DNA from: a virus
Lineage: Duplodnaviria > Caudoviricetes
Length of the DNA: 56,661 nucleotides
Reading direction: 5' to 3' (one strand)
Virus record (IMG/VR): IMGVR_UViG_3300025131_000044
Span: 1-56,661 of that record
Shown here: positions 1-10,629 of the stretch, piece after piece
Numbering within the stretch: position 1 is the stretch's first letter
Layout: each line of letters begins with the position of its first letter
The notes under the pieces: model-generated
Databases searched by the model: none
Told to the model about the DNA's origin: nothing
The model's input: only the letters and a program-made list of their open reading frames with translations
Program-made: the position numbers and the translations under genes

Positions 1-3000
1 TTGATAGTGTATAACATGCATTACTATTGTCATTCATTATAACTATTATTCTTGCTTCTGAATCAACTTTATAGTGACAGAAATCATCAGCTTCACCTCC
101 ACAAGGCATATTTTTATTTGGTCCTCCAGAACATATGTCACCAAGAGGTGGGCCTGCAGGATTTAAATTGTTTCCACCTATCACTAAGTATTCAACATCT
201 AGACAATGCCATCCTTCTAAAGCAGGAGCTCCTGTAGCGTAATCCACTGGTCCATAGGCACCAATACCTGGTATTATTCGTGTAAATGGATTCCCTCCAC
301 ATGGATGTGCTTCTTGTGCACTCCAATCTACATAGTCTACAATACTGTCATCACTTGCATCAATTAAATATATAGCATCGTCCTTGCCTAATTTAAATTC
401 TACTCTAATTACTGATAATGGATTTCCATTCAAATCTTGGTATAGTTGATTAGTGCCGTTTGCACCGTTATTTATCTGTATATTTGCTTCGTCTCCTAAC
501 CAATTAATTCCACTACTAATACAACCATCCGGGTCGTTTGTTTTGTCACAACAGTGATTAGCTGTGTTTCTTAACCAACCTTCTTCATCATTTGCATTCC
601 ATTCAACATTACACCCATCTGCAACAATTATTGCATATCCTCCATTCGGTATAATAAATGATTCGGTTAATTGTAACCATTCTCCACTTTCATGCCAAGC
701 TGCATCTGCAATTTTATAATCTTTTAAATCTATAGAATCACCACTGTTATTAAATATTTCTACCCAATCAGCTTTACCATACTCGTCACCAAGCGGATTT
801 GTTACAGTACTTGTGATACCATGACCTTTAGTAGCAAAACCGTTAATAAAAATTCCTTCTCCAGGAGGTATATCTTCAGACCCAGTCCAATAATCGTCAT
901 ACATATTTACACACTCAGGTGTTGGTATAGTCCAAGCAGCATCATAACCTCCAGTTCTTGGTTTATCTATAATTCTCCAATAACCGTCTGATAGATTTAT
1001 TGTGTCTGGGCTATTATTATATAATTCTATCCAATCATCAAACATTCCTGGAGTTGTTTCAGTATTATCATTAGAAGCCATCACTTCATTTATTAACAAA
1101 GTTTCAGGACCACTTGTTATCTCTCCTGATAAAAACGAGCTATGTAAAATTTCTTTTTTAGGTTGTAAAAAATAAATACCTCTATATTCTTTTTTAATAT
1201 CTGTTCCTGCATTATATTCTGGATATTCATCGCTGAAAAATAATTCAACATACAATCCTTTATTAGATGGATTAGTATTATTCATGGAATATAACAAATC
1301 ATTAGCAAAATCATCCTTTATAAATGTTTTGTCATTTATAACAGGTTTAAGAGTAAAAGTATCACCAGTAAGTGAAAAATAATCTAATTCTTGTAATGTT
1401 TTTATTGTACTATCACTGTAAGTAAATTGATATTCATTATGAGATATATATTGACTGTTATCTTCAAATGATTTTACATCTAAACTATCGTAATCTAAAT
1501 TTATTGTAAGGGAATTCCATTCTGATTCTGCATTTGTTATTCTATTTTTAACTCCTGCAGGTCTATTAAATACTTGTAATTTTGCTGTTCCTTCATCTTG
1601 GTCTGGATGTATGGTTAGATTTAATAATGGTAAATCTGATTCATTAAATATTTTTTCGTAATTATAAAAATAATCATATAACAAAGTAGTTATTTCAGGA
1701 TTAACTACTATTTCTCTCATTTCATTGTCTTGTATTATTGAGTCACCATCTATTTCTTGTAGGATATATTTATACTTTATCAGTGAATTAATAGTCATTC
1801 CGAATGATTCTAAATCACCTAAAGAAAAATAAAAATGAAAATAATCTTTATACATATCTTCATTAGTATACCCTTCATTGTTATCAATCAAACTATCTAT
1901 TTCACTAGTGTAAAAATCACTACTAAAATTATACATATTTACTCTCGATATTTCAGTGTCATTTTTATTATATAATATTAACTCTACATTATATGAGTTT
2001 CCATCTTCTTTTCTAAATATTTCGTTTCCAGTCGAATCAACCCAATTACTCTCTAGATTATTAAATTTATCTAAATTAAATATAATACCACCTCTATCCA
2101 GAGAATCTCTAATTGTAGTCAACCCACCAGTATCATCTATAACTGCATAAGTACATGTAGCACTAAAAACTGCACTAGGTGAATAATCTAATGCCTTATC
2201 ATCTTGGCATCCTTGCCCTTCAAATAAACATGCTCCATCATCATCAATCATATATTGTAAAACATTATCACCTGCCATGTTGTGCCCATAGTTTAATGCA
2301 TTTTCATAAGTACATCCACCAGTAAGTAAAGGTATATTATTTAAATTAAAGTCATTATAAGGCCCTAAATCAATAAGATTATATTTGTCTAAATCAGAAG
2401 TATTAAAATAATCTAAAAAAGATGTAAAATAAGGAAGTGTATATGGGGTAAAGTCTGTTCCACCAGGTACACTACAAAAATTACCTATAGTCTGTAGACC
2501 ATCACAAGTATTTGAATTTCCACCTAAAATTGTACTGTAACAAATTTTTCTTGTTGCAAAATCATAACACTTTTGACTATTAAGATTACTTTGATAACAA
2601 TGGTCTGAAGATGGTTCATCATAATAATGTACATCAGCACAATCATTGTTTTGCCCAGTTATTGCTTCCCAATTTTTTGTCCATCTACTTGCATCAGTAG
2701 CTTCTCCTTTATTATAAAATATGTCTTTATAATCCATTTCAAGAAGTCCAGTATTACAAAAACTTCTTAAATTATCATAACAAGCATCGCCAGGGTTACT
2801 ATAAGTGTGAGGAATATTGTTCCAATTATCATATCCGTCAAACATACAACCGTCTATATAATCATAAGCATATGCATTTATATCTTGACCACTATTAGTA
2901 TATCTTTTTTCTACTCTACTAGACTCTACTTGGTTACTAACATTATAAATTTCATTAGTATATATTGTAGGAACTCTATCCACCCATACACATGCTGAAT

Positions 3001-4192
3001 CTGTAGTACAATCTTCGGCTGTTAAATTTCCAACACACTGGTTATGCCAATAGTTATTAGTAAGGTCTTCTCGATTTGCTCCATGAGTTAAACCATTTGG
3101 ATTGCAATCCGAGGGTGGTGGTATATATCTTGGTAACCCATCTGCACCTTTATATGGAGTATCTTTATGAACACAATAACGAAGTGGTTCTACTTTAAAA
3201 CTTCTAAATTTAAATGTTGTAGTTCCACCCGAAGGTATATTATTGCAAGGGTCACAATAAGCCCTTCTCCATACCCATTTTGTAGTATTGAATGTATATT
3301 CATCAGTGTATGTATTACCAGGAGGATGCGGAATAGTAAGTGGCTCGTGAGGAGGTTTAGATGGTATCTTACCTGCAGGAAGTTCGTTGTCTATTTCATA
3401 TTGAAGAAACTGCAGCTCATCCCACGGTGGACCCAACGCATTTTGCAAATCGCTATGATATCTATATTGCCACGAAGTATGGTATTGATTAATAGGTGGA
3501 GTGTTAGCTCTCATTCTCCCTGTTTCTCTCCACGATGCATTTTGATTAGGAGGTGTCATGTCATCATCTGACTGGTAAAATACATTCACCATATCTAGAG
3601 GCGCTCTAAAGTTATGGTCATCATGAAGCTCATGAAATTTTCCCACAAAATTAGTGCTTCCTTCCCAGAAATCATCCGGAACTATAACATATGCACTTGG
3701 GTCTCTGAATAAATAAGGGATATCATATTCTAATGGGAATGGTGTTAAGAAATAAATTTCATTATTCCAAAAGACTGTAGTATTAGTAGTACCATTATAT
3801 ATACCATCTTTGGAAATCAAGTCAGCACTAGCATTTGAATTAATGTCAAAGCCTTGACATTGAAATTTTGGCCAGCCAGTAGCATTCGCTTGATGGTCAC
3901 CACTACCACCGTCAATTTGCCACATACCCCACGGATAATCTTTCCATGTATAATATTGGTCACCAGGAGAAGGTGCCTTTTCATTGAATGTTCTAGACCA
4001 AGGATACATTGTTATTGGTGCTGTATGACCGTCAGAAAAAGTATGTACATCTACCCATTTGTTCCATACCCAATAATTTAGTGAATAACCATTAAGGTAT
4101 TGTGAAGCTGGCCAATCATAAAAGTCTCCCTCACTATCTACAGAGTGTTCATTCCAGTGTCGAATTTGTCCGCATTTATTAATACCTGGCAT
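1..4192 (-). CDS. Large putative virion/adhesin protein (>=1397 aa, truncated by window edge) with two lamin-tail domains and Cys-rich GCxDxxAxNY-type repeats
   Basis: ATG at 4192 (MPGINKCGQIRHWNEH...). I read the frame by hand and found no stop codon. It contains LLINEVMASN...DDWIELYNNSPDTINLS and ADWVEIFNNSGDSIDLKDY (lamin tail domain signatures) plus GCTYENALNY and GCQDDKALDY. Probably missing from the ORF track because no stop lies in the window. Confidence 0.85.
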   Translation of the reverse strand, partial: MPGINKCGQIRHWNEHSVDSEGDFYDWPASQYLNGYSLNYWVWNKWVDVHTFSDGHTAPITMYPWSRTFNEKAPSPGDQYYTWKDYPWGMWQIDGGSGDHQANATGWPKFQCQGFDINSNASADLISKDGIYNGTTNTTVFWNNEIYFLTPFPLEYDIPYLFRDPSAYVIVPDDFWEGSTNFVGKFHELHDDHNFRAPLDMVNVFYQSDDDMTPPNQNASWRETGRMRANTPPINQYHTSWQYRYHSDLQNALGPPWDELQFLQYEIDNELPAGKIPSKPPHEPLTIPHPPGNTYTDEYTFNTTKWVWRRAYCDPCNNIPSGGTTTFKFRSFKVEPLRYCVHKDTPYKGADGLPRYIPPPSDCNPNGLTHGANREDLTNNYWHNQCVGNLTAEDCTTDSACVWVDRVPTIYTNEIYNVSNQVESSRVEKRYTNSGQDINAYAYDYIDGCMFDGYDNWNNIPHTYSNPGDACYDNLRSFCNTGLLEMDYKDIFYNKGEATDASRWTKNWEAITGQNNDCADVHYYDEPSSDHCYQSNLNSQKCYDFATRKICYSTILGGNSNTCDGLQTIGNFCSVPGGTDFTPYTLPYFTSFLDYFNTSDLDKYNLIDLGPYNDFNLNNIPLLTGGCTYENALNYGHNMAGDNVLQYMIDDDGACLFEGQGCQDDKALDYSPSAVFSATCTYAVIDDTGGLTTIRDSLDRGGIIFNLDKFNNLESNWVDSTGNEIFRKEDGNSYNVELILYNKNDTEISRVNMYNFSSDFYTSEIDSLIDNNEGYTNEDMYKDYFHFYFSLGDLESFGMTINSLIKYKYILQEIDGDSIIQDNEMREIVVNPEITTLLYDYFYNYEKIFNESDLPLLNLTIHPDQDEGTAKLQVFNRPAGVKNRITNAESEWNSLTINLDYDSLDVKSFEDNSQYISHNEYQFTYSDSTIKTLQELDYFSLTGDTFTLKPVINDKTFIKDDFANDLLYSMNNTNPSNKGLYVELFFSDEYPEYNAGTDIKKEYRGIYFLQPKKEILHSSFLSGEITSGPETLLINEVMASNDNTETTPGMFDDWIELYNNSPDTINLSDGYWRIIDKPRTGGYDAAWTIPTPECVNMYDDYWTGSEDIPPGEGIFINGFATKGHGITSTVTNPLGDEYGKADWVEIFNNSGDSIDLKDYKIADAAWHESGEWLQLTESFIIPNGGYAIIVADGCNVEWNANDEEGWLRNTANHCCDKTNDPDGCISSGINWLGDEANIQINNGANGTNQLYQDLNGNPLSVIRVEFKLGKDDAIYLIDASDDSIVDYVDWSAQEAHPCGGNPFTRIIPGIGAYGPVDYATGAPALEGWHCLDVEYLVIGGNNLNPAGPPLGDICSGGPNKNMPCGGEADDFCHYKVDSEARIIVIMNDNSNACYTLS

Positions 4193-4204
4193 TATCGACC
4201 CCTT

Positions 4205-5860
4205 TTAAGTTGATGATTTAAAACCGCGAGCTCGCAATAAATCTGATTTAGAAATAATTTCAACTTTTGCTTGAGTACCAAAACCTGAACGATGTGTATA
4301 ACCTGTAATCGTTTCATTTATATTTCCTCCCCACCAGTCATTATAAATATCACAAGTACCGGCTGAACCTCCAGAATCAGGACACAAATCTCCTGTTTTT
4401 GTATATGAATTATTTTCATCAATAGCAGGGTCGAATGTTGCAACAATAAAATACCACTCATCGAAATCTATCGGTACATTAGTGTAGGATAAAAATTGGC
4501 CTTCATATGCAGCGTCTATCGTATTTGTTTCACCTAATTCTGGTATAATACCTGGTGTACTATTTCCATAGTTTCTGGGAAAGGTTGTTGAAACTGCATT
4601 GTTTTTTAAACTTCTATGTGAACTTCTTAATTTTTGGTCTTTATCAAAAACTGTTAATCTTAAAAATCTTGCACTTTCATTTTCTGAAAAGTAATCTAAA
4701 TCGTATGTAGTTGCCAAGTCACCCCAAGTAGAACTACCTGCAGGGTCATTGCCGTTTAATATAACTGTATCTAAAGTAAATCCTTTTGGACTTTCTGCTC
4801 GTGTTGGATTTCCATAATTAAATAAAGTTCCAGAACTAACTTTATCTAGAAATTTTACCCACATTGTTACTGTAAAACCTTGATAAAGATAACTAGGACC
4901 AGTACCTAAAGCAGTCGTAACCTCCTTCTCTAACCCTACATCATCTGATTCTTCATTTCTAACAATTATTGCTTGATTTAAATTTCGTATTTTTAAATAA
5001 CCATTTGATATTTCTTGATACTCTGGTCTGTCATCAACAAACTCAACATTTTGAGCATCAACATCTAACAAATATCTATTTAAATCGTCCCTTAACCATT
5101 GTAATGTTCTTGTTTTATTTAAATTACTTGTTTGTGGAGTGCCATCTAATCTGTTATTTATTCTTGGTATATATCCCGCCTCTGGTGTAGATTGATACTC
5201 TACATTATATATATTACCATATTCTACCTGTTGGTCTGTTGTTAAATAATTTTCTAAGTTGTAATCCCATCCTGGTAGTTCTGGTGGTTTTAAATTTGCA
5301 TAATCTTGGAAAAATTTTTCTATTTTTGCTTGTTTAGTATCAGTTGCACCCAATAATTCATAAATTGTATTATCTAATATTTGGTCAGCTTGGTCCACAT
5401 CTACTTGTGTAAGTGTGTTTTCTAACGAAACAAATTGAGTAAAATTACCAACACCAGAAATTGCAGTATCATATGGTACAATCACAGTACATTCTGCGCT
5501 AAATTGGTCACTTACTGTATATGTAAATTGACCAGGATTAGGTACATTAACCCAAGTAATTGCACCTTGTGGATAACTATTATAAATCTCAGGGTTTACA
5601 GTAACTAAACATTGAGCTGCTTGAGTCATAAAATTATCAAAGACTGAATCTGTTTGTGCTGCAGTATCGTTATCAAAAACTACAACTGGTGCCGTACCTG
5701 GGTCTATTGTACCTGTTGCTTGACCACCTTGTATAATAGTTTGTACATTATCAACTGCATGTCCTATAGGAGTGCCATTTTGAAATGTATTTGTGGAATC
5801 TAAAAATACACTAACAAAATCTTCTATGATTGCTGTTTTTACCTCTTGAAATGTTGCCAT
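4205..5860 (-). CDS. Putative virion protein with C-terminal LamG/concanavalin-like domain
   Basis: 551 aa; GFTVTMWVKF...WYFIVATFD pattern typical of LamG-like folds; lies in the baseplate block. Confidence 0.6.
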   Translation of the reverse strand: MATFQEVKTAIIEDFVSVFLDSTNTFQNGTPIGHAVDNVQTIIQGGQATGTIDPGTAPVVVFDNDTAAQTDSVFDNFMTQAAQCLVTVNPEIYNSYPQGAITWVNVPNPGQFTYTVSDQFSAECTVIVPYDTAISGVGNFTQFVSLENTLTQVDVDQADQILDNTIYELLGATDTKQAKIEKFFQDYANLKPPELPGWDYNLENYLTTDQQVEYGNIYNVEYQSTPEAGYIPRINNRLDGTPQTSNLNKTRTLQWLRDDLNRYLLDVDAQNVEFVDDRPEYQEISNGYLKIRNLNQAIIVRNEESDDVGLEKEVTTALGTGPSYLYQGFTVTMWVKFLDKVSSGTLFNYGNPTRAESPKGFTLDTVILNGNDPAGSSTWGDLATTYDLDYFSENESARFLRLTVFDKDQKLRSSHRSLKNNAVSTTFPRNYGNSTPGIIPELGETNTIDAAYEGQFLSYTNVPIDFDEWYFIVATFDPAIDENNSYTKTGDLCPDSGGSAGTCDIYNDWWGGNINETITGYTHRSGFGTQAKVEIISKSDLLRARGFKSST

Positions 5861-5868
5861 AACCTAAC

Positions 5869-6993
5869 CTACCTTCTTACTTTAAATTCAAAATCATTAT
5901 CAAATATTCTTTCTTGGCCATCATCATATTTTAATTTTAATAATATTTTATATACTCTATCAGGTGTAAATGTGTCCATCCATTGTATAAAATATGGTGA
6001 TGTTGAATCACAACTCATTGAAGTATATGCACTAAATGGAACTATTGTTTCACCTGTAGCTATATCCATAATAGAATAAGAACCACTACCTTCAGGTATA
6101 TATGAACCTGATATAGTTTGTACAGAAGTTGAAAATGATTTTTGAATGTATTGTTTTCTTGCACCAAATCTAAATTTAACTTTTTCATTTTCTTTATAAC
6201 TTTCTGCCAAATATTTCGGATAAAGATATATATCTGAAGCACCTGTCAAGTCTAGTGCAGAAAGACTTCCTGTATTTGACCCTGTACAAGGTAAATGGTC
6301 GTCCCATCTGACTTCGAGTTTAGGAGCATAAATTGTATTCGTTTGTTTAGAAAAAAACTTGAACCCACCAAAAGTAGATTCATCTGTTTCTTGACTTCCA
6401 CTGAATCTTAATAAAAATCCATGATTATTACCACTATTAATAGTACCATCAAACCAACCATTTACAATATCAGTAACATTCATATTGATGTCAGGTGTCT
6501 CGTATGAAAATGACTGAGATTCTTCAAAAGTACTACCAGTTGCAATTGCACCACCATATAGTTGTACTCCTGCATTACTACTCCAAGTGACTGCATTACC
6601 ACTGTCAGGATAACTACGATTTTCCCAACTACAACCATTTGTTACTTTTGGATTATCACCAAACTTACCTCTTCCTTCGTCCCAAGATTGTGATATCGGG
6701 AATGCTGCAAGTTTATATTCTGTTGAAATGTTAGAGTTACCTTGTGCCTCATACAATCTTAAAAAATATTTAGGATTTGTAATACTACCTTTAACAACTG
6801 AAGCACTAACTTCAGATAAATCAAATTGTACAAGTACTCGGGTCTGATATTTAAAAGTATCATTTTCGAAAACTTTCTTTAGGTCTAATATTTCATCTTG
6901 GCCAAAGTTTTGGTCTAATTCAGTTATTCCAGTTATAGGATTTGAACCACTTGAAATCCAGCTGTCTTTTGATGGATAAATAAAATAATGCAT
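5869..6993 (-). CDS. Baseplate-associated structural protein (DNRLRE-like beta-sandwich)
   Basis: 374 aa; KDSWI...NFG...RVLVQFDLS...LRLY...SWDEG...PKLEVRW pattern; coupled to the baseplate wedge gene. Confidence 0.55.
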   Translation of the reverse strand: MHYFIYPSKDSWISSGSNPITGITELDQNFGQDEILDLKKVFENDTFKYQTRVLVQFDLSEVSASVVKGSITNPKYFLRLYEAQGNSNISTEYKLAAFPISQSWDEGRGKFGDNPKVTNGCSWENRSYPDSGNAVTWSSNAGVQLYGGAIATGSTFEESQSFSYETPDINMNVTDIVNGWFDGTINSGNNHGFLLRFSGSQETDESTFGGFKFFSKQTNTIYAPKLEVRWDDHLPCTGSNTGSLSALDLTGASDIYLYPKYLAESYKENEKVKFRFGARKQYIQKSFSTSVQTISGSYIPEGSGSYSIMDIATGETIVPFSAYTSMSCDSTSPYFIQWMDTFTPDRVYKILLKLKYDDGQERIFDNDFEFKVRR

Positions 6994-9182
6994 TATTTAA
7001 CTACTCCTATTATATTTTTATTAGGTTCTTTAAGTTCGAATACAGCAGGTTCAACGGATGGAAGCAATATACCATCATTAAATGCATCTTCAAAGTTATA
7101 TTTATATCCATACCCAGATTTACCACCACCTGTGGTGAATGTTCCACTACTATCGTCAAATTGAGTGTTCCATAATGGTGGTGTAAAATGCTGAGTACTA
7201 TCACCACTTCTGTAATCTGAATCTTGTGTAATAGTAATATGGTTTACACCTCTTACTCCATCTACATTCATCAACTCATATTCAATTTGACTTGTATATA
7301 AAGCTTGTCTGAATTGCATTTTATCTATATTAAAATATTCTCTAATTTTTTCAATACATCTTAATTTTATGTCTTCTTTATTTGCACCTCTACTTGCATA
7401 AACTTCAAATACTACACCAAAGTTAATAACTTTACCATTTTGTATTATAAGTTCATCTGTAAGTATTTTATATTGACTTAGATAATTTTGAATGTTGTTT
7501 TTTAACGGGTGTATAATTGTATTGTCAACAGCTGTTGTAAGTGTAGTTAAATTTTTATTTATATCATAAGTTAACAAATGAACTTTAAGTGTTCCCATAT
7601 CTACACTTGCTAAACCAGTACCTGATGAAAAAGCTCCTAAACTAGTCATGAGCTCACCCAAAGAATTAGCTATGTCTTGTAAAGTGAAACCGAGTAAATT
7701 ACCTTCTGTGTATGGTAAATCTGCACCTAGAGCTTTAAGATATCCAGCAGTAGACTCTAACTCAGTTATTTGTGCTCCTACACCAGAAGCAATATCAGCA
7801 ATACCTCCTGCAAATGCATCATCTAAAGATACTGAAAAAGAATCTTCTCGTTCAACATAAACTTTTGCTATAACACCAAATCTAGCATCCATATTCATTA
7901 TTCTTGCTTCATAGTCTTCTTTTGTAACTGCTCTATTTTGAGATGCAAAATGTGCTAGTGCTTTGTGTCTTATTTCTTCTATCGATTCACCGCTTGACCC
8001 ACCTTGTGCAGGAGTATTGTTAGTAACAGTTAGATTACCATCAACAACTGATGACAAGTCGCCTGAAGGTAGATTTGCTCCTATCCCTCCTCCAACTCTA
8101 TATGATACAGTCATAATAACATGTGCAGGAGCCTCTCCTAAAGTTGAAGTATTATCACCAAGTAATGGATTCACGGCCATATCCAATTCAGATGGGTTAC
8201 CAGGAATAGTATAACCTGCTTGTTCTATATTAGAATATGCACTACCTAAAATTTGTCCTGTTCTTAAAATACCGTTACCAAAAACTAAAGAAGTAGTATT
8301 ATCTTCATCTACTTCAACAACAAATCTTTTTGATGTTTGTAAATATGATAATGTATATGGTACTGGCATCTCTACTTCATCTGTTCCTGCTACACCACCT
8401 ATAGGTAAATATGCATTAGTACCTCGAGTTGGGTCATCTTGATAATGTGTATTGATTGGAACCTTATCTTGTGCTAAATAATCAACCGCATACCACTTAT
8501 TACCGTTAGAATCTGTACAACTTAAAATCTCTACTATATCATTATCTGGTAAATTTAGCTTTAAAAATTTTGTAGGTGTTCCTATATTAAATGTAGTTTC
8601 TTTTGTTTTACCAGATACTGCCCTAGTTTGTCTAGTTAAAATAAATTCATTAACAACACCATCAGAATCAAATCCAGATTGTACAGGTGGTAAAGAATTT
8701 GAACTGCTTATTGTAAAATCTACTACTCCTAAAGTTTCAAAAACTTGAGAGGGGTCTGATATAGAAGTAATTTGCGTTGAAGTAGGTACTATTGCTGTAC
8801 CTATGCTACTATAATTTGGTATCTTGTTTGTTATTGGTCCTGTTGCACCAACAGTTTGTGTAATAGTTATATTTGCAAAAGCAGGTGTATTTGGTTTTAC
8901 TTTATATCCCAACATTTTAGCAATGTTAATAACATTTCTTCTTTCTTCTGCTAATGGTAACAACATCTCTTTATATTGTTGGTCTATGTAAAATGAAAGA
9001 ACATCGCCTACATAAGCAGACATCTCTATCAACATCATACCAGGAGATGTTTCATTAAAATCTTTATAAGTATTTGGAAAATATGCTTTTGCATACTCAA
9101 CTAAAGTATTTTTTAAACTGTCGAAATCTTTATTTAAATAATTTACATTTGATATTTTAAATTCTTTTTCTGAATAAGGCAT
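6993..9182 (-). CDS. Baseplate wedge protein (T4 gp6 / baseplate J-like)
   Basis: 729 aa; NYLNKDFDSLKNTL, LVFGNG, GGSSGESIEEIR...QNRAVTKEDY motifs. Confidence 0.9.
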   Translation of the reverse strand: MPYSEKEFKISNVNYLNKDFDSLKNTLVEYAKAYFPNTYKDFNETSPGMMLIEMSAYVGDVLSFYIDQQYKEMLLPLAEERRNVINIAKMLGYKVKPNTPAFANITITQTVGATGPITNKIPNYSSIGTAIVPTSTQITSISDPSQVFETLGVVDFTISSSNSLPPVQSGFDSDGVVNEFILTRQTRAVSGKTKETTFNIGTPTKFLKLNLPDNDIVEILSCTDSNGNKWYAVDYLAQDKVPINTHYQDDPTRGTNAYLPIGGVAGTDEVEMPVPYTLSYLQTSKRFVVEVDEDNTTSLVFGNGILRTGQILGSAYSNIEQAGYTIPGNPSELDMAVNPLLGDNTSTLGEAPAHVIMTVSYRVGGGIGANLPSGDLSSVVDGNLTVTNNTPAQGGSSGESIEEIRHKALAHFASQNRAVTKEDYEARIMNMDARFGVIAKVYVEREDSFSVSLDDAFAGGIADIASGVGAQITELESTAGYLKALGADLPYTEGNLLGFTLQDIANSLGELMTSLGAFSSGTGLASVDMGTLKVHLLTYDINKNLTTLTTAVDNTIIHPLKNNIQNYLSQYKILTDELIIQNGKVINFGVVFEVYASRGANKEDIKLRCIEKIREYFNIDKMQFRQALYTSQIEYELMNVDGVRGVNHITITQDSDYRSGDSTQHFTPPLWNTQFDDSSGTFTTGGGKSGYGYKYNFEDAFNDGILLPSVEPAVFELKEPNKNIIGVVK

Positions 9183-9194
9183 TTATACTCTCCG

Positions 9195-9641
9195 TTAAAG
9201 ATTTAAATTAACTGTTTCTAACATCGTGTCATTTTGTCGAATATTAAATGTAATTTTTACATTAATATTATTTTTTAAAGAGGATGAATCTGAACCTTCT
9301 TCTACTGCCGTAATTAATAATTGTTTTATATCAACGAAAGGAAGCCATAATTCAATCGTTTCTTTTATCCTTGACTCTATTTTAAATATTAAGTCATCAT
9401 CAATAGGTTCAAATAAATAGTCTTCTAACCCGATTCCTAAAACTGGTTGCATTAATCTTTCACCTCTTTTAGTTTTTAATAAATTTTTTATATTTTCTTT
9501 AACTGCTAAAAGTGTAGTTGATGTAGATTCAAAATATCCTTCCTGCCCACTTGATAGCTGTAAGGGTAATTTAAGACCAACAAAAATATTTTCATCTTTG
9601 TCGTTAAGAAATTTTGTTTTTTTTATATCTAATACTGCCAT
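9195..9641 (-). CDS. Baseplate wedge / sheath initiator (T4 gp25-like)
   Basis: NIKNLLKTKRGERLMQPVLGIGLEDYLFE...IELWLPFV is the GPW/gp25 signature. Confidence 0.92.
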   Translation of the reverse strand: MAVLDIKKTKFLNDKDENIFVGLKLPLQLSSGQEGYFESTSTTLLAVKENIKNLLKTKRGERLMQPVLGIGLEDYLFEPIDDDLIFKIESRIKETIELWLPFVDIKQLLITAVEEGSDSSSLKNNINVKITFNIRQNDTMLETVNLNL

Positions 9642-9651
9642 TTTTTATCCC

Positions 9652-10182
9652 TTATAAATTTTTTACATCATTTAAGCCAACAGAAGAACTTTCAACACCA
9701 GTTTCTTTAGTTTTGCCTTGCACATTATGTTGGCCACAATATGTATAACCTTGAGCTTTTAACCCCTTTGATTTACTTAATTTAAAAGGTAAACTTGCTC
9801 CTGCAGAAGAAACTGCTTGCACAACCTTTTTTAATTTTCCTTCTATTGCAGATATTACGCCGCTGGCACCTGGTATCTTTTTTATCCCAGACAATAATGG
9901 GCCATATGGCCCTAATAAAGTATTTGGTGCTACATCTACTGGTAAATCCTTTTCTACACCGACCTCTTCCAGTTCAGTTACTGCTTTAAGTTTATTTATC
10001 TTTAAATCCTGATTTTGAATAAAAATTGCTATTGCTTTTGCCATATTTTTATGTTGTCTTTTCATTGCATCTTTATCCTTTACATCTTCTTCTTTTATTC
10101 CTAAACCATCTAGAGTGGCATTCATTAAATCTTCTGAAAGACTTTTTCCTTTTATTACTTTATCAGTAGGTATTTTTGCCAT
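9652..10182 (-). CDS. Hypothetical protein (structural block)
   Basis: 176 aa ORF with AAGGGA RBS, in operon. Confidence 0.7.
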   Translation of the reverse strand: MAKIPTDKVIKGKSLSEDLMNATLDGLGIKEEDVKDKDAMKRQHKNMAKAIAIFIQNQDLKINKLKAVTELEEVGVEKDLPVDVAPNTLLGPYGPLLSGIKKIPGASGVISAIEGKLKKVVQAVSSAGASLPFKLSKSKGLKAQGYTYCGQHNVQGKTKETGVESSSVGLNDVKNL

Positions 10183-10187
10183 TCTAT

Positions 10188-10619
10188 TTACCTACTAGAT
10201 GGTCTTTTTTCTTGACTTTTTTTGAGTATTAACCTATAATCCTTATTAAATAAATTTTTAACATCTGGTGACGCTTGAGGTGCTATAATATCACTATTGT
10301 CCATTTCTCCTTGCATCATATTACCATATTGTGATGACATAACTTCTTCCATTTTACTAGAATCATAAGTCCCTCCACCCATAGTTTTCCATTCATCACC
10401 AGCAGCTGTTTCATTTAAAACATCATTCAATACTGAATTATTTGAGAATTTTTTCTTCTCAACTATTTTCTTTTTTGATTTTGTTTTAGAAGTCTTACGC
10501 ATTGGTTGTGATGATAGTGATGGTTGTTTTAACTCATTCACCACTTCACTGATTGCCATAGCTACTTCTTCTCTAACTATTTTTCTTATCATTGTTTTTA
10601 ACTTACTTACTTTACTCAT
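10188..10619 (-). CDS. Hypothetical phage protein
   Basis: Start moved to MSKVSKLKTMIRKIVREEV behind GGAGG RBS. Confidence 0.7.
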   Translation of the reverse strand: MSKVSKLKTMIRKIVREEVAMAISEVVNELKQPSLSSQPMRKTSKTKSKKKIVEKKKFSNNSVLNDVLNETAAGDEWKTMGGGTYDSSKMEEVMSSQYGNMMQGEMDNSDIIAPQASPDVKNLFNKDYRLILKKSQEKRPSSR

Positions 10620-10629
10620 ATGACCTCCA

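Noticed and set aside
52-4081. Plus-strand ORFs at 52, 1956, 2807, 3167 and 3854
   Set aside because: Antisense shadows of the long minus-strand gene, without RBS or recognisable motifs. The same applies to most other plus-strand ORFs in the track, except 32005-33633 and 43028-43438
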